Shown: positions 20,047 to 29,424 of the stretch, in pieces
How the letters are laid out: each line of letters opens with the position of its first letter
How positions within the stretch are numbered: position 1 is the stretch's first letter
Origin: Sedimentisphaerales bacterium
Lineage (GTDB): Bacteria; Planctomycetota; Phycisphaerae; Sedimentisphaerales; SM23-30
Assembly: GCA_963666285.1 (NCBI GenBank)
Contig: OY762711.1
Strand: one strand, 5' to 3'
DNA: 64,000 nt
Position numbers and translations under genes: made by a program
Notes under the pieces: generated by a model
What the model saw: only the letters and a program-made list of their open reading frames with translations
What the model was told of the DNA's origin: nothing
Database searches by the model: none

Positions 20047-20910
20047 ATGAGATCAATTTATTGTATTATAATATCAATATTCACCTTACCCTTTTATTGT
20101 CTTGCTGAAAACGCTGCCAATGGTGAAAGCCAGATTATTGCAGATCCTAATGTCAATATTGTCAAATTGGCAATGTGTCAGATATTTTGCCTGGATGGTG
20201 ACCGTGAAGGGAATTATGTAAGAATCGAAAACGCATTGAAAAGAGCTTGTGCGCAAAAAGCAGATATAGCCTGTTTTCCTGAAACGGCATTGTTAGGATG
20301 GGTAAATCCTGCCGCTCATGAATCTGCATTTCCGATTCCTGGAGAAGATTCTAACAGGTTAAGTCAGCTAGCGAAAAAGTATAAAATATATATTTGTATA
20401 GGTTTGGCAGAGAAGTCTGATGGTAAGCTTTATGATTCTGCGATACTTATTGATGACAATGGTCAGATTATCTTGAAGCATAGAAAGATTAATGTGCTTA
20501 CCCATTTAATGGAACCGCCGTATGCAAAAGGGGATACAACTGCAGTAATAGATACAAAATTTGGAAGAGTAGGTATATTGATTTGTGCTGATACTTTTGA
20601 TAACAATGCGTTATCCTTAATGAAAGAGCAGGCTCCAGATCTGCTGCTTGTGCCTTATGGATGGGCTGCTGATGTAAAAGAATGGCCTGAGCATGGCAAG
20701 TCTCTAGAAGCGTTTGTAAGAAATGCGGCACAGTTGATAGGTTGCACCTTAGTTGGGACGGATTTAGTTGGTTCGGTCAGTAATGGCCCTTATAAAGGCA
20801 AGGTCTATGGCGGCCAAAGCGTGACTTCTGACAAATATGGAAATATTATCTCTTGTTGTTGTGACAGGGATAGCGATCTTGAAATTGTAACACATAGAAT
20901 TTCTGATTGA
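20047..20910 (+). CDS. Carbon-nitrogen hydrolase (nitrilase superfamily) with signal peptide
   Basis: Catalytic E-K-C motifs FPE, HRK, ICAD. The native ATG (20047) lies in the IS target duplication; ORF-track start 20032 is inside the IS right end. Confidence 0.88.
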   Translation: MRSIYCIIISIFTLPFYCLAENAANGESQIIADPNVNIVKLAMCQIFCLDGDREGNYVRIENALKRACAQKADIACFPETALLGWVNPAAHESAFPIPGEDSNRLSQLAKKYKIYICIGLAEKSDGKLYDSAILIDDNGQIILKHRKINVLTHLMEPPYAKGDTTAVIDTKFGRVGILICADTFDNNALSLMKEQAPDLLLVPYGWAADVKEWPEHGKSLEAFVRNAAQLIGCTLVGTDLVGSVSNGPYKGKVYGGQSVTSDKYGNIISCCCDRDSDLEIVTHRISD

Positions 20911-20957
20911 TTGCCAAAGTATTTGAAGTATTGCAGTCGTATTAGTAAATGATTATT

Positions 20958-21761
20958 CTATGATATTCTGTATTTAGACGGGCTTATACCTGTATGCTTC
21001 TTAAAAGTTGCAGAAAAATAATATTCATCATTATAGTTAAGCCGCTGAGCAATTTTTTTGATCGGCATATTAGTATTAACGAGAAGCAGTTTGGCTAAAT
21101 CGATCTTTTTCTCTAACATATAGGCATAGGGAGTCTTTTTTACTTCCTGTTTGAATACTCTGATAATGTGTTCAGCAGATTTACCTACATGATCAGCAAT
21201 TTCGGTCATAGTAACGTTAGATTCGATATTCTGAGTGATAAAAACAATTGTATTTCTAACAGTTGAGCTGTAGTTAACCATACTTTCGTGGCTGGAATTT
21301 TTGAGTTTGGTCAGGATTTTATGAAACAGAATAAAAGCAGTATCATGAATGCCGGGCAGGTTTTGGTCAGCGATTTTCAGCATTTTGCGAAAATGGGCTT
21401 CCAGTCGACAGTTAGGTATGTAATAACAGTCTGACAGGTTATAAGCTCGCAGCATTTCTTCTATCATCCATCCGCTTACATCAAAATATAATTTATGCCA
21501 TGGATTATCAGGTTTTGTTTTGCCTTCATGTTTCATCCCTTTTGGCATAATGAATACATCTTTGGATTTAGGATGAAATTTTTCATTTCCCACAGTAACA
21601 GTACCGCTACCGCTTATAACGTAGTTGAATGTGAAATATTTATGATCATTTCTTTTGAAATGTTCGGTTGGTTTATTACTGAATTCAGAAGCCAGCAGCA
21701 GGTTAAAACATGCACGATCATCCAGGTTTAATACGGGATTATAAATTTCAAAAAAACTCAT
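20958..21761 (-). CDS. AraC-family transcriptional regulator
   Basis: N-terminal cupin-like domain; C-terminal double HTH (IKKIAQRLNYNDEYYFSATFKKHTGISPSKYR); divergent from the GH65 operon. Confidence 0.93.
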   Translation of the reverse strand: MSFFEIYNPVLNLDDRACFNLLLASEFSNKPTEHFKRNDHKYFTFNYVISGSGTVTVGNEKFHPKSKDVFIMPKGMKHEGKTKPDNPWHKLYFDVSGWMIEEMLRAYNLSDCYYIPNCRLEAHFRKMLKIADQNLPGIHDTAFILFHKILTKLKNSSHESMVNYSSTVRNTIVFITQNIESNVTMTEIADHVGKSAEHIIRVFKQEVKKTPYAYMLEKKIDLAKLLLVNTNMPIKKIAQRLNYNDEYYFSATFKKHTGISPSKYRIS

Positions 21762-22048
21762 TGTTACTTGAATCTCATCAACGGCATTAAAATTTTATAT
21801 AGAAATATAGTTTATTAATATATTTCCATTATATTGATGGCTAACAACTAAGTCAATATATAATAAGATTGCTTTTGTGTTAGATAAAGCATTAAGCTGT
21901 TATGGATATAATATAAGTGATATAAATTACCTAGTTTAGAAAATGGTAAATATCTTGTAAATAATATATTTACCTCAAAACACTATAATAACTGTACTTA
22001 AAAGCGTAATGAGATATTTACGATGCGAGATGGGGTGGCAAGATGTGA

Positions 22049-22116
22049 TTTGATATATTGATATTACTCTGAATGATATAAATACAGCAAAAAACACAAA
22101 ATATGTCAATATATCA
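22049..22116. promoter_or_regulatory. Candidate operator: inverted pair of TCAATATATCA boxes between araC-like and GH65 genes
   Basis: TTTGATATATTGATAT (22049-22064) and TGTCAATATATCA (22104-22116); related copies at 21829, 21852 and 36699. Confidence 0.4.
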
Positions 22117-22216
22117 TAAGTATATATTGCTATCTCCTATTTTTTTTGGAGATTTTATATGTTAATATTTTATTATCACAGTTAAGAGAAAATTCTTTAG
22201 ATGGAGATCTACTCAT

Positions 22217-24520
22217 TTGCTTAAGTTTTCGGAAGATAATTGGAATATTATAGAAAATGACTTTTCTTTAGATTTAGTTATGGCTTATGAAGCACTTATG
22301 TCTCAAGGCAATGGCTTTATGCATATCAGGGGTTCACATGAGGAACAACTTGGCAATTATGATCCATCAAGAGAGTATTGGAGAATGCCTGCAAATGTTA
22401 CTGCTGAAGATTTTTCGGAATCTGAATGTAAGTATGGCTTTTATATCCCTGGAATCTATGGAGAGCATCCAATTTTAGGGCAGGAATTGGTAAATCTACC
22501 ACATTTCCTGAGAGTTTCTTTTTGTGCTGATAACGAAGAGTTATCTCTGGATAATTCGAAAATATCAAATTATTCACGGGTTTTTGACTTAAAAACGGCG
22601 ACATTAACAAGAAGTTTTATATGGCATACAGTTTCTGGTGCAAATATATCCTTAAAATTCTGTCGTTATATTAGTGCAAGCCATCTAAATATCTGTATGC
22701 AGAAGATTACGATAATTAGCGATATTGATATAGATATATCAGTTACATCAGAGATTAATGCCAATGTTCGCACAAATGGATTTAATCACTTCAAACAAAT
22801 AGATTTAGAAGAAATAGAGCCCAATATAGCAGGCTGTACTGTTAAAACAGACAATGATACGGTAAGTATTGTCTCCCGAGTTATTGCTCATTCAGATAAA
22901 TATTTTAATCAAAATTCAGGGAATAAAAATCAGATAAGATTTGTTCTTAATATTAAGGCAAACGAAGAAAGTATTGTTGAAAAACATACTCATGTTGAAG
23001 CATCGAATAATATAAATGCGGCTGGTATTTTTCTGGAGAGCGAAGAGGTAACATTTGACAGCTTATATGATTTACATGTCGCGATATGGCAAAGCTGGTG
23101 GGATAAAGCTAATATTATAATTGAAGGAGATTCGAACTCTCAGTTTGCAATCAGGCTATCAATATATCATTTATTAAGATGCAGGGTATTGAAACAGGTA
23201 TCTATCGACGCAAAAGGCTACTCTGGCGATGCATATTTCGGGAGGTTTTTCTGGGATACAGAAATATTTATGCTTCCGTTTTACCTATACACTTTTCCGG
23301 AAACAGCAAAGAATCTTCTTCAATTCAGGGTGAACACACTCAGTGGCGCCATGGAAAATGCGCAAAAATATGGGTATTCAGGTGCAAAATATGCCTGGGA
23401 ATCATCAATGACCGGCGTTGAGCAATGTGCTTGCTGGCAATATGCAGACCATGAGATACATATAGGTGCCGATATTGCATATGCCCTTGATAATTATCGC
23501 AGAGTTGTGGATGAAAACTTTATTGATGATAAAATTGCAAAAGTTATTGTTGAAATAGCCAGGTTTTATCTATCCAGGATAGATTATGATGAAATAAATG
23601 GTAAGGCAAATCTTTTCGGAGTTATGGGGCCGGATGAGTATACCCCAATTTCAGATAACAATGCTTATACCAACTGGCTGGTTCGGTTTACTTTAAAATT
23701 AGCAGCCAACATAGGAAAACTGGCCGGTATAAGCGATATTGAAAAGGCTAATTTTATAGATAATGCATTGAATTTATGCATACCACGTAAAAATGATGAT
23801 TTAGTTCTGCAGTGTGATAATTTTGACGAGTTAGCGGAATTTGATTTTGATAAATTCTGGCCTGAACGCAAAGGTGTAATTGCATCAAAGGTGTCACAAG
23901 AGCGTATCTACAGGTCAAAATGTCTAAAACAGGCAGATGTTATTATGCTTATGATGTTATTCAACAAGCATTTTTCTCAGAATGAGATTCTTGCAGCCTG
24001 GAATTACTATTTGCCCTTTACCACACATGATTCATCTCTGTCAGTTGCAGTTCACGCAAAAGTTGCGTTGCTGCTGGGTAAAATTGGGCATGCTATTGAC
24101 TTTTGGAAGAAAAGTATAGCGATTGATTTTGACCTGGCAGCAAAGGGTAGTGAACAAGGTGTTCATATAGCCTCATATGGGATGAACTGGCAATTAATGG
24201 TATTTGGTTTTGGTGGTGTAGATAAAGATTCAGAAGATGGAATTTTGAGAATCGCGCCAATATTGCCAGACGAATGGAGCAGGCTGGCATTTCCATTGAT
24301 CTGGCAGGGCAATAATGTATTTATTGACATTTCCCAAACTGAAATAATTGTCGCTAATTACGGGCCAAAAGCATTTGATTTGCAGTATAGAGGAAGATTA
24401 GAACATATTTCCTCGAATAGTTATATAATAATCAAGTATAATAATGGAAGTAACGATAATGATGTTATTTCTGAAATAAAGAGAGTAGAATATGATAAAA
24501 GGGGTAATTTTCGACCTTGA
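22217..24520 (+). CDS. Glycoside hydrolase family 65 (disaccharide phosphorylase, kojibiose/maltose/trehalose type)
   Basis: TTG start with GGAG RBS; GNGFMHIRG, AKGYSGDAYFG..FWDTE, GAKYAWES, GPDEY, KQADV, TTHDSSLS; coupled to a beta-PGM gene. Confidence 0.93.
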   Translation: MLKFSEDNWNIIENDFSLDLVMAYEALMSQGNGFMHIRGSHEEQLGNYDPSREYWRMPANVTAEDFSESECKYGFYIPGIYGEHPILGQELVNLPHFLRVSFCADNEELSLDNSKISNYSRVFDLKTATLTRSFIWHTVSGANISLKFCRYISASHLNICMQKITIISDIDIDISVTSEINANVRTNGFNHFKQIDLEEIEPNIAGCTVKTDNDTVSIVSRVIAHSDKYFNQNSGNKNQIRFVLNIKANEESIVEKHTHVEASNNINAAGIFLESEEVTFDSLYDLHVAIWQSWWDKANIIIEGDSNSQFAIRLSIYHLLRCRVLKQVSIDAKGYSGDAYFGRFFWDTEIFMLPFYLYTFPETAKNLLQFRVNTLSGAMENAQKYGYSGAKYAWESSMTGVEQCACWQYADHEIHIGADIAYALDNYRRVVDENFIDDKIAKVIVEIARFYLSRIDYDEINGKANLFGVMGPDEYTPISDNNAYTNWLVRFTLKLAANIGKLAGISDIEKANFIDNALNLCIPRKNDDLVLQCDNFDELAEFDFDKFWPERKGVIASKVSQERIYRSKCLKQADVIMLMMLFNKHFSQNEILAAWNYYLPFTTHDSSLSVAVHAKVALLLGKIGHAIDFWKKSIAIDFDLAAKGSEQGVHIASYGMNWQLMVFGFGGVDKDSEDGILRIAPILPDEWSRLAFPLIWQGNNVFIDISQTEIIVANYGPKAFDLQYRGRLEHISSNSYIIIKYNNGSNDNDVISEIKRVEYDKRGNFRP

Positions 24521-25136
24521 TGGTGTGATTGTTAAAACTGATGATATGCACTATAAAGCCTGGAGCAAGATTGCCAGTGAAGAAAACATATATTTTGATA
24601 TGAATATAAATCATAAGTTAAGAGGTGTAAGCAGGCTGGAAAGCTTAAATATTATTTTAGAAAAATCAAATAAAGACTATAATTCTCAGCAAAAAATGGA
24701 ACTGGCAGATAGGAAAAATAATTTTTATAAAGAATATATTAGCCTATTGAATAGTTCTGACCTGCTGTCCGGCGTAAATGAGGTATTGTCAGAATTAAAA
24801 AATAGAGGATTTAAAATAGCAATAGGATCGTCAAGTAAAAATGCCGATTTTATTATAAATAAAATTGGTCTTGAGAATATTTTTGATATTATAATTAGCG
24901 GCAAGGACATAAAAAAGACAAAACCCGATCCGGAAATATTTAGCCTTGCTGCCCAAAAGATGATGCTTGAACCAGAGCATTGCGTTGTAGTAGAAGATGC
25001 AGAGGCTGGAATTGAAGCTGCAAAAGCAGCTGGAATGAAAGCTGTAGGAATAGGAAACCGAAGTATGTTAAAGAATGCAGATATTGTAATTTCAGGATTA
25101 GATGAGCCTGGTGTCCTAGATTTAATATTATGTTGA
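24492..25136 (+). CDS. pgmB: Beta-phosphoglucomutase (HAD family)
   Basis: FDLDGV, LRGVSR, SSSKNA, KPDPEIF, VEDAEAG; overlaps the GH65 stop. Confidence 0.92.
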   Translation: MIKGVIFDLDGVIVKTDDMHYKAWSKIASEENIYFDMNINHKLRGVSRLESLNIILEKSNKDYNSQQKMELADRKNNFYKEYISLLNSSDLLSGVNEVLSELKNRGFKIAIGSSSKNADFIINKIGLENIFDIIISGKDIKKTKPDPEIFSLAAQKMMLEPEHCVVVEDAEAGIEAAKAAGMKAVGIGNRSMLKNADIVISGLDEPGVLDLILC

Positions 25137-26893
25137 AGGGTTTTATGTGTATGCTAGCTGAAATGAAATTAAGTACAATTGACCTGAGTATCCTGGTTGG
25201 ATATTTTATCCTAATTACTGTAGTTGGGCTATTAGTATCCAAGAAGGCTTCAGGTTCTATAAAAGAATATTTTCTTGGTGGAAGAAGTATTCCATGGTAC
25301 ATACTTGGATTATCGGGTATGGCTACTTTTGTAGACATTTCCGGAACAGCATTTCAAGTCAAATATTTTTATCTTTTAGGGGTTAAAGGTTACTGGGTCT
25401 GTTATATGGGAGCAACCGCTCTGGCTCTGGCATTTTTAATGATATTTACCGGTAAATGGTTGAATCGCTCGGGTGCTATGACAAATGCTGAATGGATGGC
25501 CTTCAGGTTTGGTAATGGTATCCAGGGACGTTTGGCACGTTTATTATCTGCGATATCCATAACAGTTATAGTAATTGCATTCCTGGCATACTTTTTTGTA
25601 GGTGCGGCAAAAACATTACACCGTTATGTGCCATTTTTTGACAACCCCAATTATACAGCCCTTGCATTTTTTATTATAGTCATGTTGTATACTGTGGCAG
25701 CAGGTTTTTATGGCGTAGTATATACTGATATGATTCAGGCATTTCTAATTATTTTTATTGTTGGTTATATTACCTATAAAGCAATGGTAATTGGTACTCC
25801 TGAATATTACGGACAATATGCCGATACCGGGTGGAGGGAGTATGTTTCAAATGACATGAATAGTATAAAAACAGACTTTGGCCCGCTAGGAACAATGATA
25901 ATTATCTGGTTTTTCTTCAATAATTTCTTCCAGGGATTTGCGACTCCTTTTGATGCGTGGACTTCCCAGCGTTATTATGCAGCTAAAGATGAAAGGGAAA
26001 GCTCTCTGGTAGCCTGCCAATGGATCAGTCTGTTCAGCTTGAGGTTTTTACTGATGATGGGTTTTGGTGTTTTAGCCATAGGAATAAAAGATAAAATATC
26101 TGACCCGGAGATGGCTTTATCTGCTGTGATAGATAATCTTATACCCATAGGACTGAAAGGTCTACTGTTAGCAGCTCTTCTCGCTGCTGCAATGAGTACT
26201 CTTGATTCTTTTGTCAATTCTTCTGCGGCATATTTCGTAAAAGACATTTACCAGGAATTTATAAATCCTACCGCCTCAGAAAAAGAATTGATGAAAGCCA
26301 GTTATATTGTAACTTTTACAGTTATGGTATTAGGGATAATCATCGGCTGGAATGTAGAGAGCATAGGCAATATCTGGGGTTGGATATGTATGGGGCTATT
26401 TACCGGTATGCTGGTGCCAAATATTCTTAAATGGTTCTGGTGGAGATTTAATGGTATGGGGTTTGTTTTTGGAATGGCAACCGGTCTAATAATTGCACTA
26501 GCGCATGATTATGTTTTTGGCAAATGTTCGGATCATATGAAAGCCATTAATATTACATGGGTTTCTGCTGTTGGAACAATAATTGGTGTTTATGTTGGTA
26601 AACCGACAGGTATGGATGTTTTAATCAATTTTTATGAGAAATCAAGGCCATTTGGATTTTGGGGCAATGTTCGGAGACATTGTAACCAAGAGCTGGTTTG
26701 CGAAGCTGTAAAAGAGAATAAAAGAGATTTACTGTTGTTGATACCTGCTTGTTTATGGCAATTAACATTATTTTGTATGATGACTTCAATTGTAGTTAAA
26801 AGATGGGATGTATTCTTTGTTTCTGCATTTATTGTGGCTGTATTAAGTGTCGTGTTATATAAATACTGGTATAAAAATTTGAAAACTATCTAA
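25130..26893 (+). CDS. Sodium:solute symporter family protein
   Basis: ~14 hydrophobic helices; EYFLGGRSIPW, QRYYAAKDE, LAAAMSTLDS motifs. True start may be 25145 or 25151. Confidence 0.92.
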   Translation: MLKGFMCMLAEMKLSTIDLSILVGYFILITVVGLLVSKKASGSIKEYFLGGRSIPWYILGLSGMATFVDISGTAFQVKYFYLLGVKGYWVCYMGATALALAFLMIFTGKWLNRSGAMTNAEWMAFRFGNGIQGRLARLLSAISITVIVIAFLAYFFVGAAKTLHRYVPFFDNPNYTALAFFIIVMLYTVAAGFYGVVYTDMIQAFLIIFIVGYITYKAMVIGTPEYYGQYADTGWREYVSNDMNSIKTDFGPLGTMIIIWFFFNNFFQGFATPFDAWTSQRYYAAKDERESSLVACQWISLFSLRFLLMMGFGVLAIGIKDKISDPEMALSAVIDNLIPIGLKGLLLAALLAAAMSTLDSFVNSSAAYFVKDIYQEFINPTASEKELMKASYIVTFTVMVLGIIIGWNVESIGNIWGWICMGLFTGMLVPNILKWFWWRFNGMGFVFGMATGLIIALAHDYVFGKCSDHMKAINITWVSAVGTIIGVYVGKPTGMDVLINFYEKSRPFGFWGNVRRHCNQELVCEAVKENKRDLLLLIPACLWQLTLFCMMTSIVVKRWDVFFVSAFIVAVLSVVLYKYWYKNLKTI

Positions 26894-26915
26894 ATTAAAA
26901 AGGGCCTTAGTTATT

Positions 26916-29288
26916 ATGATAAGTATGAAAAAGATAATTCAAATACTATTATTGCTGTCAATAAACTTAACTCTGTCGGCATCAGAACTTGTTCTGAAAC
27001 CTGATAATGCTGAGTTGAATGGCGATGTTGGATTAAGCCAGGGCCTGATACAGTTCTGGCATGGCCTGGATAGCAGTGTTTCATGGAATGTGATATTTAA
27101 TGATCCAGGAGAAGTTAATGTTTCAATCTTCGTGGCATGCCCATCTGATTTCAGCGGCAGTGTAGTTGAAGTAAGCCTGGCCGGTCAATCTATCAGGTGT
27201 GAAATTACAAGCACAGATAGTTGGGCTGATTATCAGGAAAAAACAATTGGTAAATTTACAATTTCAGCTGCAGGTAAGTATAAAATATCTGTTAACCCGG
27301 TTTCAAAACCTAAAAGAGCAGTTGCCAATTTATCAAAAGCAATTTTATCCGGTGATGCTGTTAGAAGTGCAAGTGTAGGTAAAGTGCGAAGAAGAGATAT
27401 TGTTAGTACATTCGGGTGGGATGGTGATAAAGATGCAGCGATTGCTTATCCCGGCAGCTTTCTAATTCGTGATGGCAGACAATTTGAGGTTGGTTTCGAT
27501 GTTTTTGAAAAGCATACTACATATAAGTGGTACAATCACAGTGGTTATCTTCCCTGTTTAGTTACTGATTTTGATTATGATAATTGTAATATTAAAATAA
27601 TGAATTTTGGTGATAAAGTATGTATAGATGGAAATGATTTTGTTATTGCTTATAGCAGGGTATCAATTACTAATAATTCAGTTGAAACAAAAAATATAAA
27701 TCCAGGCGCATCAGGTCGTTTTATCAAACTTAATTCAGCAGGTAATACGATTCTTGCCGGCAATACAGTTAATCATGATTATGCTATTGTGCTTGACAGA
27801 TTTGGCAATTCATTTTCTTTGCCAGGAGATGATGATATTTGTGCTGCCGGTTCATGGGATGAACATTTTTTGCATATGAAAGCGTATTGGAATCAGAAAC
27901 TGTCTGAAATTGCAATTGTTGAAACGCCTGATCAGGAATTAAATGATGCATACAAAGCCGGTTATATTTATACATATATAGTAAAAGACGGATTAAATAC
28001 CCATGTAGGTGAAAATGGGTATGACCAGATGTGGGATCATGATGCTGTTGGTATTCTGGCAACGCTATTAACAATGGGTGATTTTAGAGAAGCCAAGCAA
28101 TTGTTAGACGTATTACCTATAAGTCTTCAATATGACGATGGAACCTGGAAATATTCATGGCCATTTGCATTATATTTGCTAAAAACAGGTGATAAGGGGC
28201 CGGCATTAAAACATTGGAAAGATATTAAAATGTCTGCACATAAGATATCAGCAGACAGAACCGGTCCTGGTGGTATCATGAAGGTTACAAATGATATCGA
28301 TACCCATGGACTTTGGACTATTGATAACTGGTCCGGTATGTTTGGACTGGCTTGTTATAATTGGCTATGTAAGGAGTTAGGTGAAACGGAAGAAGCATTA
28401 TGGGCTTCAAAGGAATATGCTGAATTCCATGATGTTGTGAATAAAACATTAGAAAATACACTAGAAGAATACAATATCAATTATATTCCTGCGTCTATCG
28501 TTGGGCCAAACAGCAAAAACAGGTGTAATACACCAAATGACGCAAATTGGGCAGCCCACTTCTTTTTTGGCCGATGGGCCTGGGACGGCTGGCTGGCAGG
28601 TGCCAAACAGGCAGGTGCCAATCTTGATTTAATTGATGCAACGTATGATTATGGATTTGGCAGATTAAAAGAGGCTGGATATCCACCTCATACCTATGGC
28701 GGTTATGCCGGATATTGTACAGCATATAATGCCGGTTATGCCGGTGCGGCTTTGCGAGGCGAGCGATATCGAACAGAAGGTGTTCGGAACTACCAATTTA
28801 TGATATCAAATGCCCAGAGCGGGCCATACTCATGGTGGGAAGGTATTTTGAATCCATCAGATACTGAATGGGAGGGAATACATCCTTCCGGCGGTACAGG
28901 TTCATGTCCGCATATGTGGGGGCAATCATGTATTTCAAAAGTTCTACTGGAGTCGATTGCAGCCGAGTTTTATGATGGCACATTATTAGTTGGTAGAGGT
29001 GTGCCAAGTGAATGGCTAAGTAAAGGTGAAATCATTAAAGTGAATAATTTTCCGGTAAACGGCAACAATAGAGTTGATATTATGATTAAATCTTTGTCGC
29101 CAAATACCATACTGATGTCAGTTGACGGAGAAATGAACAATAGCAATAATATTATTTTCAATCTTCCTTTGATGAAGGATAATATCAAGTCAGTATCGGT
29201 CGGCACTTTTGATCAGAATGATGGAAAAGTGATATTAAGTCCTGGTAATGATAATGTTATTGTAACGCTTAAAAAGAATTTGTATTGA
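26916..29288 (+). CDS. Secreted putative glycosidase: CBM6/35-like N-domain plus six-hairpin-like catalytic region, family unassigned
   Basis: Signal peptide; jelly-roll-like TDSWADY..AGKYKISV; helical Trp/Asp-rich region (GENGYDQMWDHD, QYDDGTWKYSW, WTIDNW, SWWEG, CPHMWG); in operon with GH65. Confidence 0.6.
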   Translation: MISMKKIIQILLLLSINLTLSASELVLKPDNAELNGDVGLSQGLIQFWHGLDSSVSWNVIFNDPGEVNVSIFVACPSDFSGSVVEVSLAGQSIRCEITSTDSWADYQEKTIGKFTISAAGKYKISVNPVSKPKRAVANLSKAILSGDAVRSASVGKVRRRDIVSTFGWDGDKDAAIAYPGSFLIRDGRQFEVGFDVFEKHTTYKWYNHSGYLPCLVTDFDYDNCNIKIMNFGDKVCIDGNDFVIAYSRVSITNNSVETKNINPGASGRFIKLNSAGNTILAGNTVNHDYAIVLDRFGNSFSLPGDDDICAAGSWDEHFLHMKAYWNQKLSEIAIVETPDQELNDAYKAGYIYTYIVKDGLNTHVGENGYDQMWDHDAVGILATLLTMGDFREAKQLLDVLPISLQYDDGTWKYSWPFALYLLKTGDKGPALKHWKDIKMSAHKISADRTGPGGIMKVTNDIDTHGLWTIDNWSGMFGLACYNWLCKELGETEEALWASKEYAEFHDVVNKTLENTLEEYNINYIPASIVGPNSKNRCNTPNDANWAAHFFFGRWAWDGWLAGAKQAGANLDLIDATYDYGFGRLKEAGYPPHTYGGYAGYCTAYNAGYAGAALRGERYRTEGVRNYQFMISNAQSGPYSWWEGILNPSDTEWEGIHPSGGTGSCPHMWGQSCISKVLLESIAAEFYDGTLLVGRGVPSEWLSKGEIIKVNNFPVNGNNRVDIMIKSLSPNTILMSVDGEMNNSNNIIFNLPLMKDNIKSVSVGTFDQNDGKVILSPGNDNVIVTLKKNLY

Positions 29289-29424
29289 AAGTCATATGTT
29301 TGACTTTCTTAATGTTTTGAAAATATATCTTTTAACACTGATTGAAAGGAGGAGTAAATTGTATTTTAAAGGTGAATTGTTTTATTTAGTTTTAAGAATT
29401 CCTAATTTGTCGATGGAGGTAACC

